Shown here: positions 1 through 12,845 of the stretch, in pieces
Layout: each line of letters opens with the position of its first letter
How positions within the stretch are numbered: the first letter of the stretch is position 1
Assembly (NCBI RefSeq): GCF_000143415.4
Contig: NW_003314267.1
Span: 1,500,100 to 1,564,099, forward strand
DNA: 64,000 nucleotides
Direction of reading: 5' to 3'
Source of the DNA: Selaginella moellendorffii
Lineage: Eukaryota > Plantae > Lycopodiophyta
Made by a program: the position numbers and the translations under genes
Notes under the pieces: model-generated
Seen by the model: only the letters and a program-made list of their open reading frames with translations
What the model was told of the DNA's origin: nothing
Database searches by the model: none

Positions 1-2849
1 TAGCAAGTATTCTTAGGGATGAACATACCCAATAGCCCAGGGAGTGGTTCCTCAATCCGGGTATGCTCAGCTTATAATCCCACACACTGGGGTTACATTG
101 TTGCTTATGGGCCTTTACATGCCCATCACTAGCTTTGCCAAAATTCCATTTTTGGCTTTGTCTAACTTGGGTAGACAGTCCTCTCCTGTCTCCGCAACCT
201 TGGACATTTGGATAGCACCTTCTATCCATCATTCACTAGGGACTTAGTCCCTTGGGCTTTATCCATTGCCCTCGCGACATCAAACACCACCTTCTGGTGT
301 TCTAGAGTGTTCGGGTGTCCCAATGATGGCTTTCTTGACAATGAGTATTTCCTTTTATGACATTGACTTACTATATCGTAACATAAGCAACTTATCCCCC
401 GTAAGGGTATATCCGACTTCCCTATACTAGAAGTCTTGGGTAGCTACCTTCTACCCGTTTAACCAGTTATTTTGCACCTCTTGCTTAGTTGCCTCATAGT
501 TGTCAAGTCCTACAACTCATTGCTTGGTGCTTTCACACCTCCATCACTATCTGGGTCACCACACTCCAACTGCATGCTCTACAGCTTAGGCTATGCCATT
601 CCCATTTCCATTGGGATTCCTTTGGCAAGGGGTTCTCATGAACCCACCAACATAGCCTCAAGGTATCACACCTTGGCACATTTGGTGTCTCCACACCATC
701 GGCTCCACGAGCCTACCTCTATGACATTTCCCTTTGTGTCTAAGTCTTTGCCAAGACCAACACCGCTCTTTCTCATGCCAACTATCTGTTAGCACTGCCC
801 CATAGAGGTCACACACAACTTTATGTCAAAGTTGTTTTCTTCTGGGAACACCTTTCCCATAACTTTAGCATGGCACATTTTGCCATCGATGAGATACTCT
901 CTGTTCTCATCCTTGGATCTTATGATCCCCCCCCATCCTTTGTGGGGTACAACACACCTCAGTCCAAATGCTTCCATCAGTCCTTTTAGGACCATCCGTT
1001 GACTCTACTTGAGTCATCCAGCAGTTTTGGACTTCGTTAATCCGCAGACCCGTAAGGTCCTATTTGTGAGGCACTAGCTCACTGGAATACACTTCTTGCA
1101 TTCCTGTCCTACTCAAAAGGACTATTTTCACAAGTGTTGCTCCGACACTTGATTTTGTTCTCTGGGGGCAATTTTTGCCCCTTAAGACTACTTGTCCATG
1201 TGATGAGAATACCACTCATCTCTAAGTACACCCCCCAACTCCTTGGGTTGTTCCAGCATTTATTAAAGGTAGCCCCGGCTACCATTTCAAGGACTTGAGT
1301 CCTTTTCCGTATTTGACCTTCCACGGTCATTACCTTTGGTCTCACATTCATGAGCACCAACCTCAACTATATGAGGATAATCTTGTGACTCCTTTATTGT
1401 TTTGGAGTCTCTATCTTTCCCGTGATCCCAACTTTAGTTGTTTACCACAACAACCTTAGCCAATTTGCTGAGACAAATGCTCATCCGGATCACATCCTCA
1501 ACTCAATGAGGAAAACCTTGCACTGTTCCCAAGATCCCAAAGTCGTTCCATTATTGGCCCTTTTCTATCCACCACCTCGTCTACAAGTTCACACATGAAC
1601 TGTAATGGAGAGCCATGTCTTCCCGACTTGCTACTCCTCAAGGATAGGCCCACTCCTCGGACTTTCCGATGCCAACACTAGTGGTGATATACTTGAGCAC
1701 CAATAAAAGTTGGACTAAGGAACAGCTCCGATACCAAATTGTAAGCGACTAAATTTTCCATTTTACTTTAGTCACTTAACCACACCTCTGACCACTTTGA
1801 GGAGTCTCATTCACAACCTCCATCAATCCAATTCAGGACTTGGGACTTGCTAGCCCCAAGAATGGCATCCATGCCACTCAACACTTGCACCTGGTCCAAG
1901 TGCTCCACGTGTCCGGTCCCAAGACCGACACCCAAAGGTACCATTGACATCTCGGCCCGTTACGCTAAGGCCATGCCCATTCACCTTTGCTGCACTAGTG
2001 GTCCAATACCACTTGCATCACCATCCCGTCTCTCCAAGACTGGGCCATCTGTCCATGAGTGGTCATCCTAGATCCACTCCTTAGCATCCTTAGGATGCCC
2101 ACAGACCTAGGGAATCACCTTCCCCAAAGTCCCTTTGTCAGTTCCTACCAAGTCCCTTTCTGCCCCTGGCCGTGTTTGCCAACACTGCCACTGGATCGAG
2201 GCCCACAGGCCCGACCACTAAGTCCCATGGTCCTCTGGGACTTCCTCACCACACGACTATGTCCTTGGTCACTACCCCAGAGGACTGCTCCTCTTCCTTT
2301 CCACAGTCTAGGCCTTTGGGGCAACATTTCGGAACACCGTGGCCTTACGCGAGCCACCTGGGTACTCTCCCCGCCTTTCGCCTTTAGGTGCTCTAGCCAT
2401 GGGCTTAGAGCGAGGTTCCGTTGAGCCACGTCTGGTATCCAAGTAGGTAGTGCCACCCACACTTGGATTGGGAGCATCGGCCAGTCGATCTCCCGGGGGA
2501 ACTAGAGCCGGCTCTTGAACACTTCACCAAGCTACCCCGCTTGTCGGTCCGTATTCACTCTAGTCTTGGACTTCCCAGTGGTCAATTCATCACCCAACAC
2601 TGGGTCTGGCCTTCCTGGGCCAAACTGGCCTTTCCTGGCCAAACTGGCTCCACTGCAGTCCTCCCCCTTACTATACTTTTGGAGCTCACCAAACCCCCCA
2701 GGGTCTGGGAGACGAACGCTTTGGGCTTTCACCCTCTCAGGCTCCGAACTCGGACTCGGACTCGGACTCGGACTCGGACTCGGACTCGGATTCGGACTCG
2801 GACTCGGGCTCGGTCACGGCCTCGGCCTCGGTCTCGGTCTCGGTCCCGA

Positions 2850-2881
<32 letters not shown>

Positions 2882-3660
2882 CCGGTCTCGGTCTCGACTT
2901 CGGACTCCATCTCGGACTCCATCTCGGACTCCATCTCGGGTCCATCTCGGGTCCATCTTGGGCTCCATCTCGGACTCCATCTCGGACTCCATTTCGGGTC
3001 CATCTCGGGTCCACCTCGGACTCCATCTCGGACTCCATCTCGGACTCCATCTCGGGTCCATCTCGGACTCCACTTCAGACTCCAACTCGGGTCCATCTCG
3101 GGTCCACCTCGGACTCCACTTCGGACTCCATCTCGGGTCCATCTCAGGTCCACCTCGGACTCCACTTCGGACTCCATCTCGGACTCCATCTCGGGTCCAT
3201 CTCGGACTCCACTTCGGACTTCAACTCGGGTCCATCTCGGACTCCACTTTGGACTCCAACTCGGGTCCATCTTGGACTCCACTTAAGACTCTAACTCGAG
3301 TCCATCTCGGACTCCACTTCGGACTCCAACTCGGGTCCATCTCGGGTCCACCTCGGACTCCGCTTCGGACTCCATCTCGGGTCCATCTCGGGTCCACCTC
3401 GGACTCCACTTCGGACTCCATCTCGGACTCTCCCACGTGTCATGTGTTGGTCCTTTTGGGTCCCTTTTTGGAGCCTCGCTTTTTGCTCGCTTCGTGCTCG
3501 TTCCTCGAGCACTTCTTTGGGAGTTCCACTCCCGCTCTTGACTTTTCAAGTCGGAGCTTTTGGTCCAAACGTGTTACGCTCGTTTGGCTCTCGCTTCAGC
3601 CACTACCATGTGGCACCCTTTCCGGCTCCACTTTGGGGCCTAGGGATTTTGTGTCTCATA
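1..3660 (-). mobile_element. Non-autonomous LTR retrotransposon family C, 5' part (5' LTR 1740-3660 plus non-coding internal region running off the window start)
   Basis: Reverse complement of the family C copy at 46063-49460. The LTR starts TGTAAGCGAC at 1740 on + and ends GTGTCTCATA at 3660. The PBS (GCTCCGATACCA on +, ~1725-1736) abuts the LTR. No credible ORF in the internal part. Confidence 0.85.
2745..3430. repeat. CpG-rich tandem array inside the family C LTR: (TCGGAC)n, (TCGGTC)n, then ~12-bp GACTCCATCTCG/GGTCCATCTCG units
   Basis: Directly visible. Equivalent arrays of different length lie at ~24240-24650, ~46290-46720 and ~52005-52520. They explain the spurious RS/ES/SD-rich ORFs. 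Confidence 0.95.
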
Positions 3661-6600
3661 GAAAAGGGTTATAGCATTCACTTGCTATGACTTGTCGGTT
3701 GATCCGTTAGCATTTGGAGTAGATTGTTGGATAGAGAAAATGTGTAGTTGAGGCATTGACATTGCTGGCACTTGTGTTAGTGGAAGTGGCATTGTTATTT
3801 CGAGTGATGAGGAAGTTTTCCTTGGACCTTGATTTTCTATGTCATTTTTTTTGTTAGTGTTTTGGCTTCACATTGGATCTTGAAGGTGATTGAAGAAGAG
3901 TGTTAGTGCAATGTGGATATATGAAGATGTGGTCTTTGTGATCAAGCCTTGGATGTTCATTTTGCATTTTGCGGATGTCAGTGTTGGATATCGATTAGAT
4001 GGGTAAAGATGTTCGATGCTTAAGCATGCTATTGGGTCATAAGAATCTGTGTTGAGGTGAGCCTATGTGAAGTTGTTGGTAGGAGGAAGTTGGTTGAGTC
4101 TTGAAAGTTTGCATTCCTGGACTGAAAGTCATTCTTTCTCTAGGATGGAAAATTTTCCACAAATTTTCTTAGACTTTTCCAAAGGCTGATCTGTTGGTCA
4201 CTTTGCTCGAAAACCATTCCGTTTTTGTAAGCCAGTACAAACTATTGAAGGGGTTGGAGTTGGCTTCGGTTGGCTTAAACCTTAATAAGTAGTTTGTATG
4301 ATGCGACCCGAAAGGGATGCTAACTTTTGGGGCTAAGGCAATTGAGTTGGATAGAGTCTGGAGTTGGTGTAGAAAAGTGGCTGTTGCGCTTTTCTAAGAA
4401 GGGTGACCCTTGTGCCTTTCTTTTGTAGCATTATGCTCGGTGGTAGGTTGCACCTTGCATTTCACTAAGACTCTATGAGAGTAGTGACCTCTCATTGATC
4501 TTGACTTAGTCTTGGTAGCCCTGCGCCTTAGCTAAGGATGGTGATGTCTAATTTAGTTGTTTGAGGTTGAGATGTTAGTACCCGTACTATAGCTTTGTCT
4601 ATGAGGAGGTTGTGTACCGATATGAGTCCATCTTATAGTCTTCACCTTAGTTTCGACTGAGTGTTGATCACATAGCTAGCCTCTTCAAGGCATGCTCAGA
4701 GCTATTGACTAAATGCATTAGTGAGCTTATTGCGGTTGAGTTGGATTCGAGTGGTCATTTAATTTGTGCTTGTCTATAAACTTTTATCTCGTACCTGAGG
4801 TATCACGTTCATGTTGGACAAGTATATAACTTGATGACAAGAGTTAGTGTTCGGGTCTTGTGAAGGCAAGTTGAAGGGTGATTGTTAGTTGCTTTGCGAC
4901 TAGTGATTACTTGTAGACTTTGTCAAAAAAAAAAGACTATTGATACTTGCTTTGCTCGATGATGATTTAGAAATGATGGGCTTGCTTTACCGGATGGTGT
5001 TGCGGAGGATCGTGTCGTTAGACTTACATGAGTTTTCCATGTTGGCATGTCGACTCTACCTCTGTTGATATCATTTGGTTACATTTAGTCCGTAGTGTTA
5101 GATTTTATTGAGTCTTGGACGTGGTGAATCACTCCTTGATGAAGTGTTATCTATAACTGAGTTTTGTTGGAGGATTGGTCTCGGTCACTGACTAAAGTAT
5201 CTTCGACTTTGGTTAGCTTGGTTGCTAGAGAGTTTTGAGTGGTGAATCACTCGTGCTTTCTTCTAGCTTTGTTTTGGTGTTGATGGCATTGAAGTGATGC
5301 TTTGTCATTGACATTGTTGATATTGAGATCTGAGTGAAATGAGATATCCTTCTAAGGATTGATATTGAGTTTCATTAGTCTTGATGAATATAGTGTTGAT
5401 GATTTGGCTATAGCTTTGTGTTGTTGGCATTCGTGCATTTGCTAGTTAGCAACTGTGTTGACGTTCAAACGAACTGAGTGGCAAGTTGAGTTAGTTGTGT
5501 TCTAGATGAGATTATTTAGTAGAGGGTTGAGCTTTAGCTTTTCCTTGAAAAGTGATTTAGTCGTGGACTATGCTAACTCTACGAGAAGAAGAGTTAGTGA
5601 TCGATATTAGAATGTTGAGTCCTTGCTGGATTTGAGTTCGGGATATAGCGATCATTAATTATTCTTTTTGGGCTTATTATGAAGTGAGTTATGTTTTGTT
5701 ATAGATGGATTCATGGAGGATCGTTTGATGATCACTTGTTGAGCATAGCTTCGTTATACTTAGCTTTTGGATTGATGCAAATATGCTCTTCATTAGCTTT
5801 GGCATTATGAAGTTTGGCTTATGGATGTGTTGAGGAAGATATTGTGAGTTGCATCACGATTTCTTCTTTCACATTGAAGTTAGCTTTTATGAGACTTGTG
5901 ATCATTATTAGGCAAGACTTGGCTATAGGCTTCTTCGAGCTTTGGTTCTTTGAGTTTTATGCTCATTGTTCCATTTGTTAGAAGTTGTTGGGGAAGGCAT
6001 TTTGGCTCATTCGCTTCGATGTTGAAGTTGGCATTTGCATCTAGCAATCATTGGTGATGATTGACTATCATCTAAGTAGTTAATTATCCTTATCAAAGGT
6101 TTTGCTTGATTATTGTTGGTATAGAATGATTTGCCGTTCTTCAGGATGGTAGATTCTTTCTTTGATGATGGTTATGCATCTCTCTTTTGATGGGAGGATT
6201 AATGATCTTTCATGATGGTTCGTTGTTCTCTTTGATGGCTTATGGCTTTTCGCAATACCACATATTCTTTGTGGATTGCTCTGGATTGGTCTCTTGGGTT
6301 TGAAATATCAGTAGGATGTTGCTACCACTTGCTTAGGCAACTTGAGTTCCTTGGTATTATTGACCAGGATCTATTCAGATTGGCGAGTGTGATATTTGGC
6401 ATGAATGAGTGTTTGTTGGTCTTACCCCATTCATTCTGTTCTGTTAATTATTGCTCAAGTTCATTCTGATAGATTGGAATGTTATTATCTTTAGGTGATA
6501 CATTCGCGAGCATTTTGCTTGCCAGTCAATGATACTCTGTGTTCTTTGAGTTATCTTTCGTAAGTTGTTTGGCATTCTGTCTACCATCTTCGATAGTTAA

Positions 6601-7749
6601 GTTTCATCATTGAGTTTCCTTGATGATATACTTGCTATTGAATTTTGTTGGATGGTCATTCCTATGTTTACCAATTATAATGATCTTGGTGGTTCCTATA
6701 CTGTAATACTCATTTATCGGATGATAACTTACTTGGAATAATCTCTAAAATATCATTGTCTATGACTTTGATATAGTCCATATATTAATCTTTGAGTTTG
6801 GGTCAGTATAGGCAGACTGGCTTTGGCACTTCATGTGCATGATGAAATCTCTAGTCATAGGGTAGCTACTGTCGATTGCTCACATAACCCGCCTCTCTGT
6901 CGATGTTCCTTATTCCGTTGAAAGGGCATGACCGTGTAAACAACTCTAATTGCCTGTTTATAGTAGTCTATCTAAACCTTACCGACGGGTTTGGTTTCTT
7001 TGCTTAGGAGGGTTGGGGCCTCTGGCTTCTCTCTCTATGTTCCTGCGGGCAGGGGTATATCACACTTTTGTAAGCTGGGTGACTCCCAGAGCAGCAAGGG
7101 TGGCTGACTCTGTTGGTCATTTCCTTGTCGGCGACGGCCGGAAGGTGTCTGAGCTGGTAGCGCATCCGCATTAGACAAAGAGGTTGCCTCCTAACTCATT
7201 TAAGTTGGTGCATTTCTCACATAGTGTGAGTACCGTGAACTTTTTTTGGAGTTGTTTCCTTGGCGGTATTCTAGACTCGAGTATGCATCGACGAGGACGT
7301 CGATCTTCCCCAAGGGGGGGAGAGTGTCGCGAATGTGACTTTAGGTATCGAAAGTTACCTATCGGATAGTCCTTTCGGATATTCTTTCTTACTGCCACCA
7401 TGGCAGGAAGTCGGTATTGCTGGGCTCGTTATCAGTCTCCACCTAAGCTAGTTGAGAAACTGGTCATCACATGTGCACTTAGACCGGAAGGGCACTAAGG
7501 AAGGAAATCCTAAGTTGTCATTTAGTTAAGCAGACTTGACACGGTGATGAGAAACTCATGATGTTGGCTTGCACTTGCTAGTGTTGGGAACCCCCGCGAT
7601 ATTGAGCTTGGTCCCTCAATATCGCTAGATGATAGCTTACCGTGTCTGCCAAACACCCTCGCTATCATGCCCTTTGTGTTAGTTTCATTTCGGTCCCAAA
7701 TGCTATTTATGGAAAGTGTTTAGATTTGCTCATTTGGCATATCTACGGA
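3661..7749 (+). mobile_element. Non-coding LTR retrotransposon family D, copy 1 (internal region to 7324, PPT, 3' LTR from 7325 cut by the assembly gap)
   Basis: Polypurine tract AAGGGGGGGAGAG (~7312-7324) is followed by TGTCGCGAATGTGAC, the reverse complement of the LTR end at 10749. 3661-4030 is an inverted homolog of ~7990-8345. GT-rich, with no long ORF. Confidence 0.7.
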
Positions 7750-7849
7750 NNNNNNNNNNNNNNNNNNNNNNNNNNNNNNNNNNNNNNNNNNNNNNNNNNN
7801 NNNNNNNNNNNNNNNNNNNNNNNNNNNNNNNNNNNNNNNNNNNNNNNNN
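7750..7849. other. Assembly gap (100 N)
   Basis: Run of N. Family D sequence changes orientation across it. Confidence 1.
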
Positions 7850-7989
7850 CAGAGTGAGCTCCTTGCTACGTCTATTGGACGATCTCGGCCCAGCTCCTGG
7901 CGAAGGTGCGTGACCTGCCGCCCGGAACGCCGATCGGGTTACAACTTCACATAGGTTCACCTCAACACAAATTTTCATGACCCAGCAGT

Positions 7990-10749
7990 ATGTTAAGCAT
8001 CGAACATCTTTGCTCATTTTCCAACATCCAACACCAACATCCACAAAATGCAAATTGAATATCTAAGGCTTGATCACGAAGACCACATCTTCAGATATCT
8101 ACATTGCACTAACACTCTTCTTCAACCACTTTCAAGATCTAACATGAAGCCAAAACATTAATAAGAAAAATGACATATCAAGGTCTAAGGAAAATCCCTC
8201 ATCACTCAAAATAACAATACTAGTTCCACTAACACAAGTTCTAGTGATGTTAATGCCTCAATTACACATCTTCTCCATCCAACAATCTACTCTAAGTGCT
8301 AATGGATTAATTGACAAGCTATAACAAATGAATGCTACAACTTTTTCCAACACCTTATAGGCAAACTTAAGGAAACAACGTACTAACTCAAGCTTAGCAT
8401 AATGAATCACCATTGAGAACTTAGTCAAAGCTACTTAAATGCTACTATATAAAGTAGACTAGCTTCATTATCACCCACTTTGGGGTTGATCATCGTTTAA
8501 CTAAGCAACTTCGTAAATACATTACTCACTATCATATGGATATGATAAAAAAATCACAATAACTTGATCATCAATCGAGCAACACTATGAGTAATGCCTA
8601 TGTCACTACTACAAGGTTTATATGAGTATCAAGTGCTAACTCAATTTGATAAAATGCAACATAAATGCCACACCCCACTGATAAAGATTTACAACACTCA
8701 ACACCATTAATTTTTGTTCACAACACAGACAAGCTCATGCCACTTTCTTTCTGACCAAACTCAAAATTAATCCAACACTAAGCTACTCAATGAGCAATAG
8801 CAAGGTTCCCTGGAAAAGATTAAGCATTGTAACCCAAGTCTTTCAATGGCAAGCCTAAACAAAATAATTTAGCGCTTCATCGCTATCCATCCCATGACTC
8901 ACCATTTGTAAGATCATCACTTCCAATATGCATCAAAGTAGGGACTCTTGATTGCATGATGTGAATATGAGCAATGAGTTAACACCTCGTTGCAAATCAT
9001 CTCTCCAAGAAGAGAAAATGATTTACGTGTTTGATCCTTTGTCCCTGATAATTTTCTTTTCAATCCCATCTTTGACTAAACCTTAAGCTTGTGTTTGCAC
9101 TACATTCAGTCCAATCTAAGAAAAGTTTATGAGAGAGCATGGCAATGATTACTTAAACCAATGGACTAATCTCTATAATCTTGATTGGTTCACTTATAAT
9201 CATGCCTAAGAAGGATCCACTAGTGCCGTGCTAAACAGCTATAGACTAGCCTATTTGCCACTCATAGCAAACCCAAGGGAGGTTTACTTTCACCTGGGGT
9301 ACAAGGAACAACTCATGGAACCATTAATGGGCTAACATTAATTCTGCCAACTCAAAGCATAACCTTGAGTTGCTAATGTGCCACACTCCCAAGCCCAAGT
9401 GCAAACTTGTGCTAATATGCCTCACTCAGTCCATCTTATGAGCCCAAGAGCAAGCTCACATAATACAGTACAAAAAAGTAACCAAAATCCATACCCAAGG
9501 AATAAATAAGAAGCTTTTGCACCCAAACATGTAGCCACTCGGATCATCATTTTTATCTCTACGTATGCAACAAGATTAGTGGCCCAATTTCATTGGATAG
9601 TACTTGCTGAGACTCACTCTTTGATACCAAATGTAGCACACGTGGTTTTTACCCTTTATCCTATGGTGATTTACTATAGGATAACCATGAAGCGGAACCT
9701 AACCCACCATGTGCCACATGACATATGCCACATATCCAAAGGACAATGGTGTGGAACCCAAGTTTCAGGGCTTGGGGCCATAAACGAAGGAACGGTGCCA
9801 AACTCCTAAGCATAGAGCCAAGGAGCAATGGCATTGGGACACGGAATAATTCCTGAGTATAAAGCCTAAGGAGCAAAGGGACAAGAGCATAGAACGGCTT
9901 GGAATAGTCCTAGAGCATTCAGCATCTTAATGCCAAAATGAGCACGCAAAACGGAGTTAAATGGAGTTAAACGGAGTTTAGCACTATTTCAGCATACCGA
10001 TAACCTAATGCGAGGATATGGGTACTCCACCAACTAATATGGTATGGAACTTGGGCTTAGACCTAAGCCGGACGTAGAACAAGGAGAGACACGCAAGCAG
10101 GAGCTAAACTATGCCTCAGGTTAGTCAACCATGCCTGACCTACCCACTATCCCTACTATACATTTGGAACCCCCCCACACACTTTGGGCTTTCACCCCAA
10201 GCCTCCCTTAGTATCAAGACTTAGTCTTTGAGACAAACTTGAAATTTACTAAATATGGAATGTTTCTATATTGCGAATTTAGACATGGGACGAACACTAT
10301 TGTGTTCAAGACAATCTCTACATTTTGTAGATATGCCAAATGAGTAAATTTAGACACTTTCCATAAATAGCATTTAGGATTGGAATGAGACTAACACAAA
10401 GGGCATGATAGCAAGGGTGTTTAGCAGACACGGTAAATTATTATTCAATGATATTAAGAGACCAAGCTTAATATTGCGGGGGTTCCCAACACTAGCAAGT
10501 GTAAGTTAACATCATGAGTTTCTCATCACCGTATCAAGTTTTCTTGACTAAATGACAATTTAGGATTTCCTTCCTTAGTGCCCTTCCGGTCCAAGTGCAC
10601 ATGTGCTAACCAATTTCTCAACTAGCTTAGGTGGAGACTGATAAAGGATCTAACAATGCCAACCTCTTGCCATCATAGCAGTAAGAAAAGAATGTCCATA
10701 AGGACTAGTTGACAAGTAACTTTCGATACTCAAAGTCACATTCGTGACA
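7990..10749 (-). mobile_element. Family D copy 2: 5' LTR 9530-10749 plus adjacent non-coding internal region
   Basis: TGTAGCCACTC at 9530 ... TTCGTGACA at 10749 (TG..CA). 10320-10749 is the reverse complement of 7325-7749. A degenerate PBS-like sequence lies just left of 9530. Confidence 0.7.
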
Positions 10750-12845
10750 AATTGCTCAACTATAACCATATAGCATCAAGTAATTGCACTAACTGTTACT
10801 TCAAAGTAAAAAAAGGAGGAGGTTGTTACTTTGTCATAAAGATGAACAAAAAAGAAAAAGTAAAAGAGAAGAAATTAAAAAAGGTACAAAGAAAGTGAAA
10901 TCTAAATGATGCAAAAACTAAATCTAAACCAAAAGCACAAATCCAAACATTTCTCATGGATAATCAAAGATGCCCCTCACATCCATCAATGTGAGTGCAT
11001 GGAATATAGAACTGCAATATAAATATGAAATATATAAATTAGAAATATTAATTTATATACAGGAGTAAATGGTCCAGACTGAAACCAATCCAACAGCTAT
11101 CAAAATCCCACTATGCTAATATTAACATATGACATTGTAGTTGTACACTTGGACTTTACAGTGTGAAATTTATATTAAAAGTTAATTTTTAAACTTTTAA
11201 AATATTTGATCTCTTCAACATTTTTAATTAGTATAAGGAGTAATAATTTAATGGCAAAATATATATTTAAAAAATATAATGCCATAAAAGCTTAGGCTTG
11301 ACATTTTTATGATTGTATAAGTTAGTTAAACTTGAAATATTCTTAGAAAAATACTAAGATCCTCCTATAAGTACTATAATTATTGCTACACTTTAAATTC
11401 CTTATTCATAAAAACTAAAACCATCTTGTTTTGTTTATAAACAATTGTTCTTGATAGGTTTATGTATCCATTTAATTTATAATAACAGCAAAGAGAAAAA
11501 TATAGTAATTTCATCCTATCCACAAATTTATGCTTAAATATGTAATCATTTAACTTTAGAACATTATGGTTTTCAAAATCTTCCAGATATCTATTTTTAT
11601 TTATTTAATTGTTTTAAATAAGCCAACTGAGGATTCAATGTTTATATTGATGACCTTTTAGCTCATGGATATATAGATTTCTATATATATATAAGTGGAA
11701 ATACACTTGAGAAGAGGAAATCTTTCTGATATATAATTATTTTTTGCATGTAATCTAATGGTTTACACTCACCATATAACTATAGCTCAAAACTTGTGAT
11801 TTTTCATGAATATAATAAAAATTGTAACTAAATAATCTATTATTCTTTTATATCCTAACTCCTTTAGCAGAGTTAGGATCCCAGCTAGTAGATAGAACTA
11901 AATAAGTTAAATATATTTTTTAAGGTATATTCTAGAATATTTGAGTTTGTAAAACATTCTCCAAAAATCATATTATATAAAATGAAATTATTTGTAAATA
12001 GTAAGTGACTTGAAAAATGATCTATAAAATAGAAGGAAAGAGCTTATAAATAAAAGTGCACTCTTTTTTTACAATCAGTTAAAATTTTTGGGTTACATGT
12101 CTTTAGATTTTTGATACCACATTTAACCTAATACTACTTAACGGTTTTGGGTTTGACTCTATTAGTTGAATTGATATTTAATAGTCCAATTTAAAGTCCA
12201 AATTTAGATAGCATGCTTACAGCACTCTAAATCTGAAAAAACACATATTAAATGCTCTAAATTTGAAATAACACATACTCCATGCTTGCTTAACAAGTTT
12301 CAAGGGGGTATTTAGAACCATGCATTACATTTAGCTTTGAGCACTAATGAGGATGTTACTTGAAAATTAGAGCTATAGTAGTATAATTTGGAGTGGCTAA
12401 AGAATTCACATAGCCTCATTATAGTAATAAGCCCACCAAACGTTCTCCTTGACTTGTTATAGTAGTAGGCTTGCCAAATGTTCTCCTTTGCGCTCATTTC
12501 TTGAAGCATATGATGTGGTGTGGGATCTGATAGGAACATTTTCTTTACTCACTAATATGCCACAACTAAATAGCCATGGAACATGTCTAAATCCACCACT
12601 AGGTTCTGCAAGAGATTTGCCACTCAATATGGCATTTTTTTCATGTCATATAACCTTTTTGGTCATGACATTAAAACCAATGCCAAAAATTATTCAGAAG
12701 AGTCAAAGAATATGAAACTTCCAGAACTTCAAAAAAGTACTAAACGACCGATGGCACTCACATCAGGGAGCCGTATCCCACACTGACACACAAATCTCCA
12801 TGACTTCTATTGTCTTGCTTGACAAGGTTAATTGACTTGGTGAAG

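Noticed and set aside
2463-3674. 403-aa RS/RT-rich ORF resembling an SR protein (and similar ORFs at 23897-24926, 46248-46943, 51715-52707, 60937-61506)
   Set aside because: These are translations of stop-free hexamer/12-mer arrays inside LTRs. They are open in several frames on both strands and not conserved in frame between LTR copies.
7850-7965. GC-rich fragment right after the gap, possibly an exon end
   Set aside because: Too short and truncated by Ns to identify.
10750-12800. AT-rich region upstream of the kinase as a MITE/Helitron or defined promoter
   Set aside because: No TIRs, terminal hairpin or convincing motif was seen. Left as intergenic.
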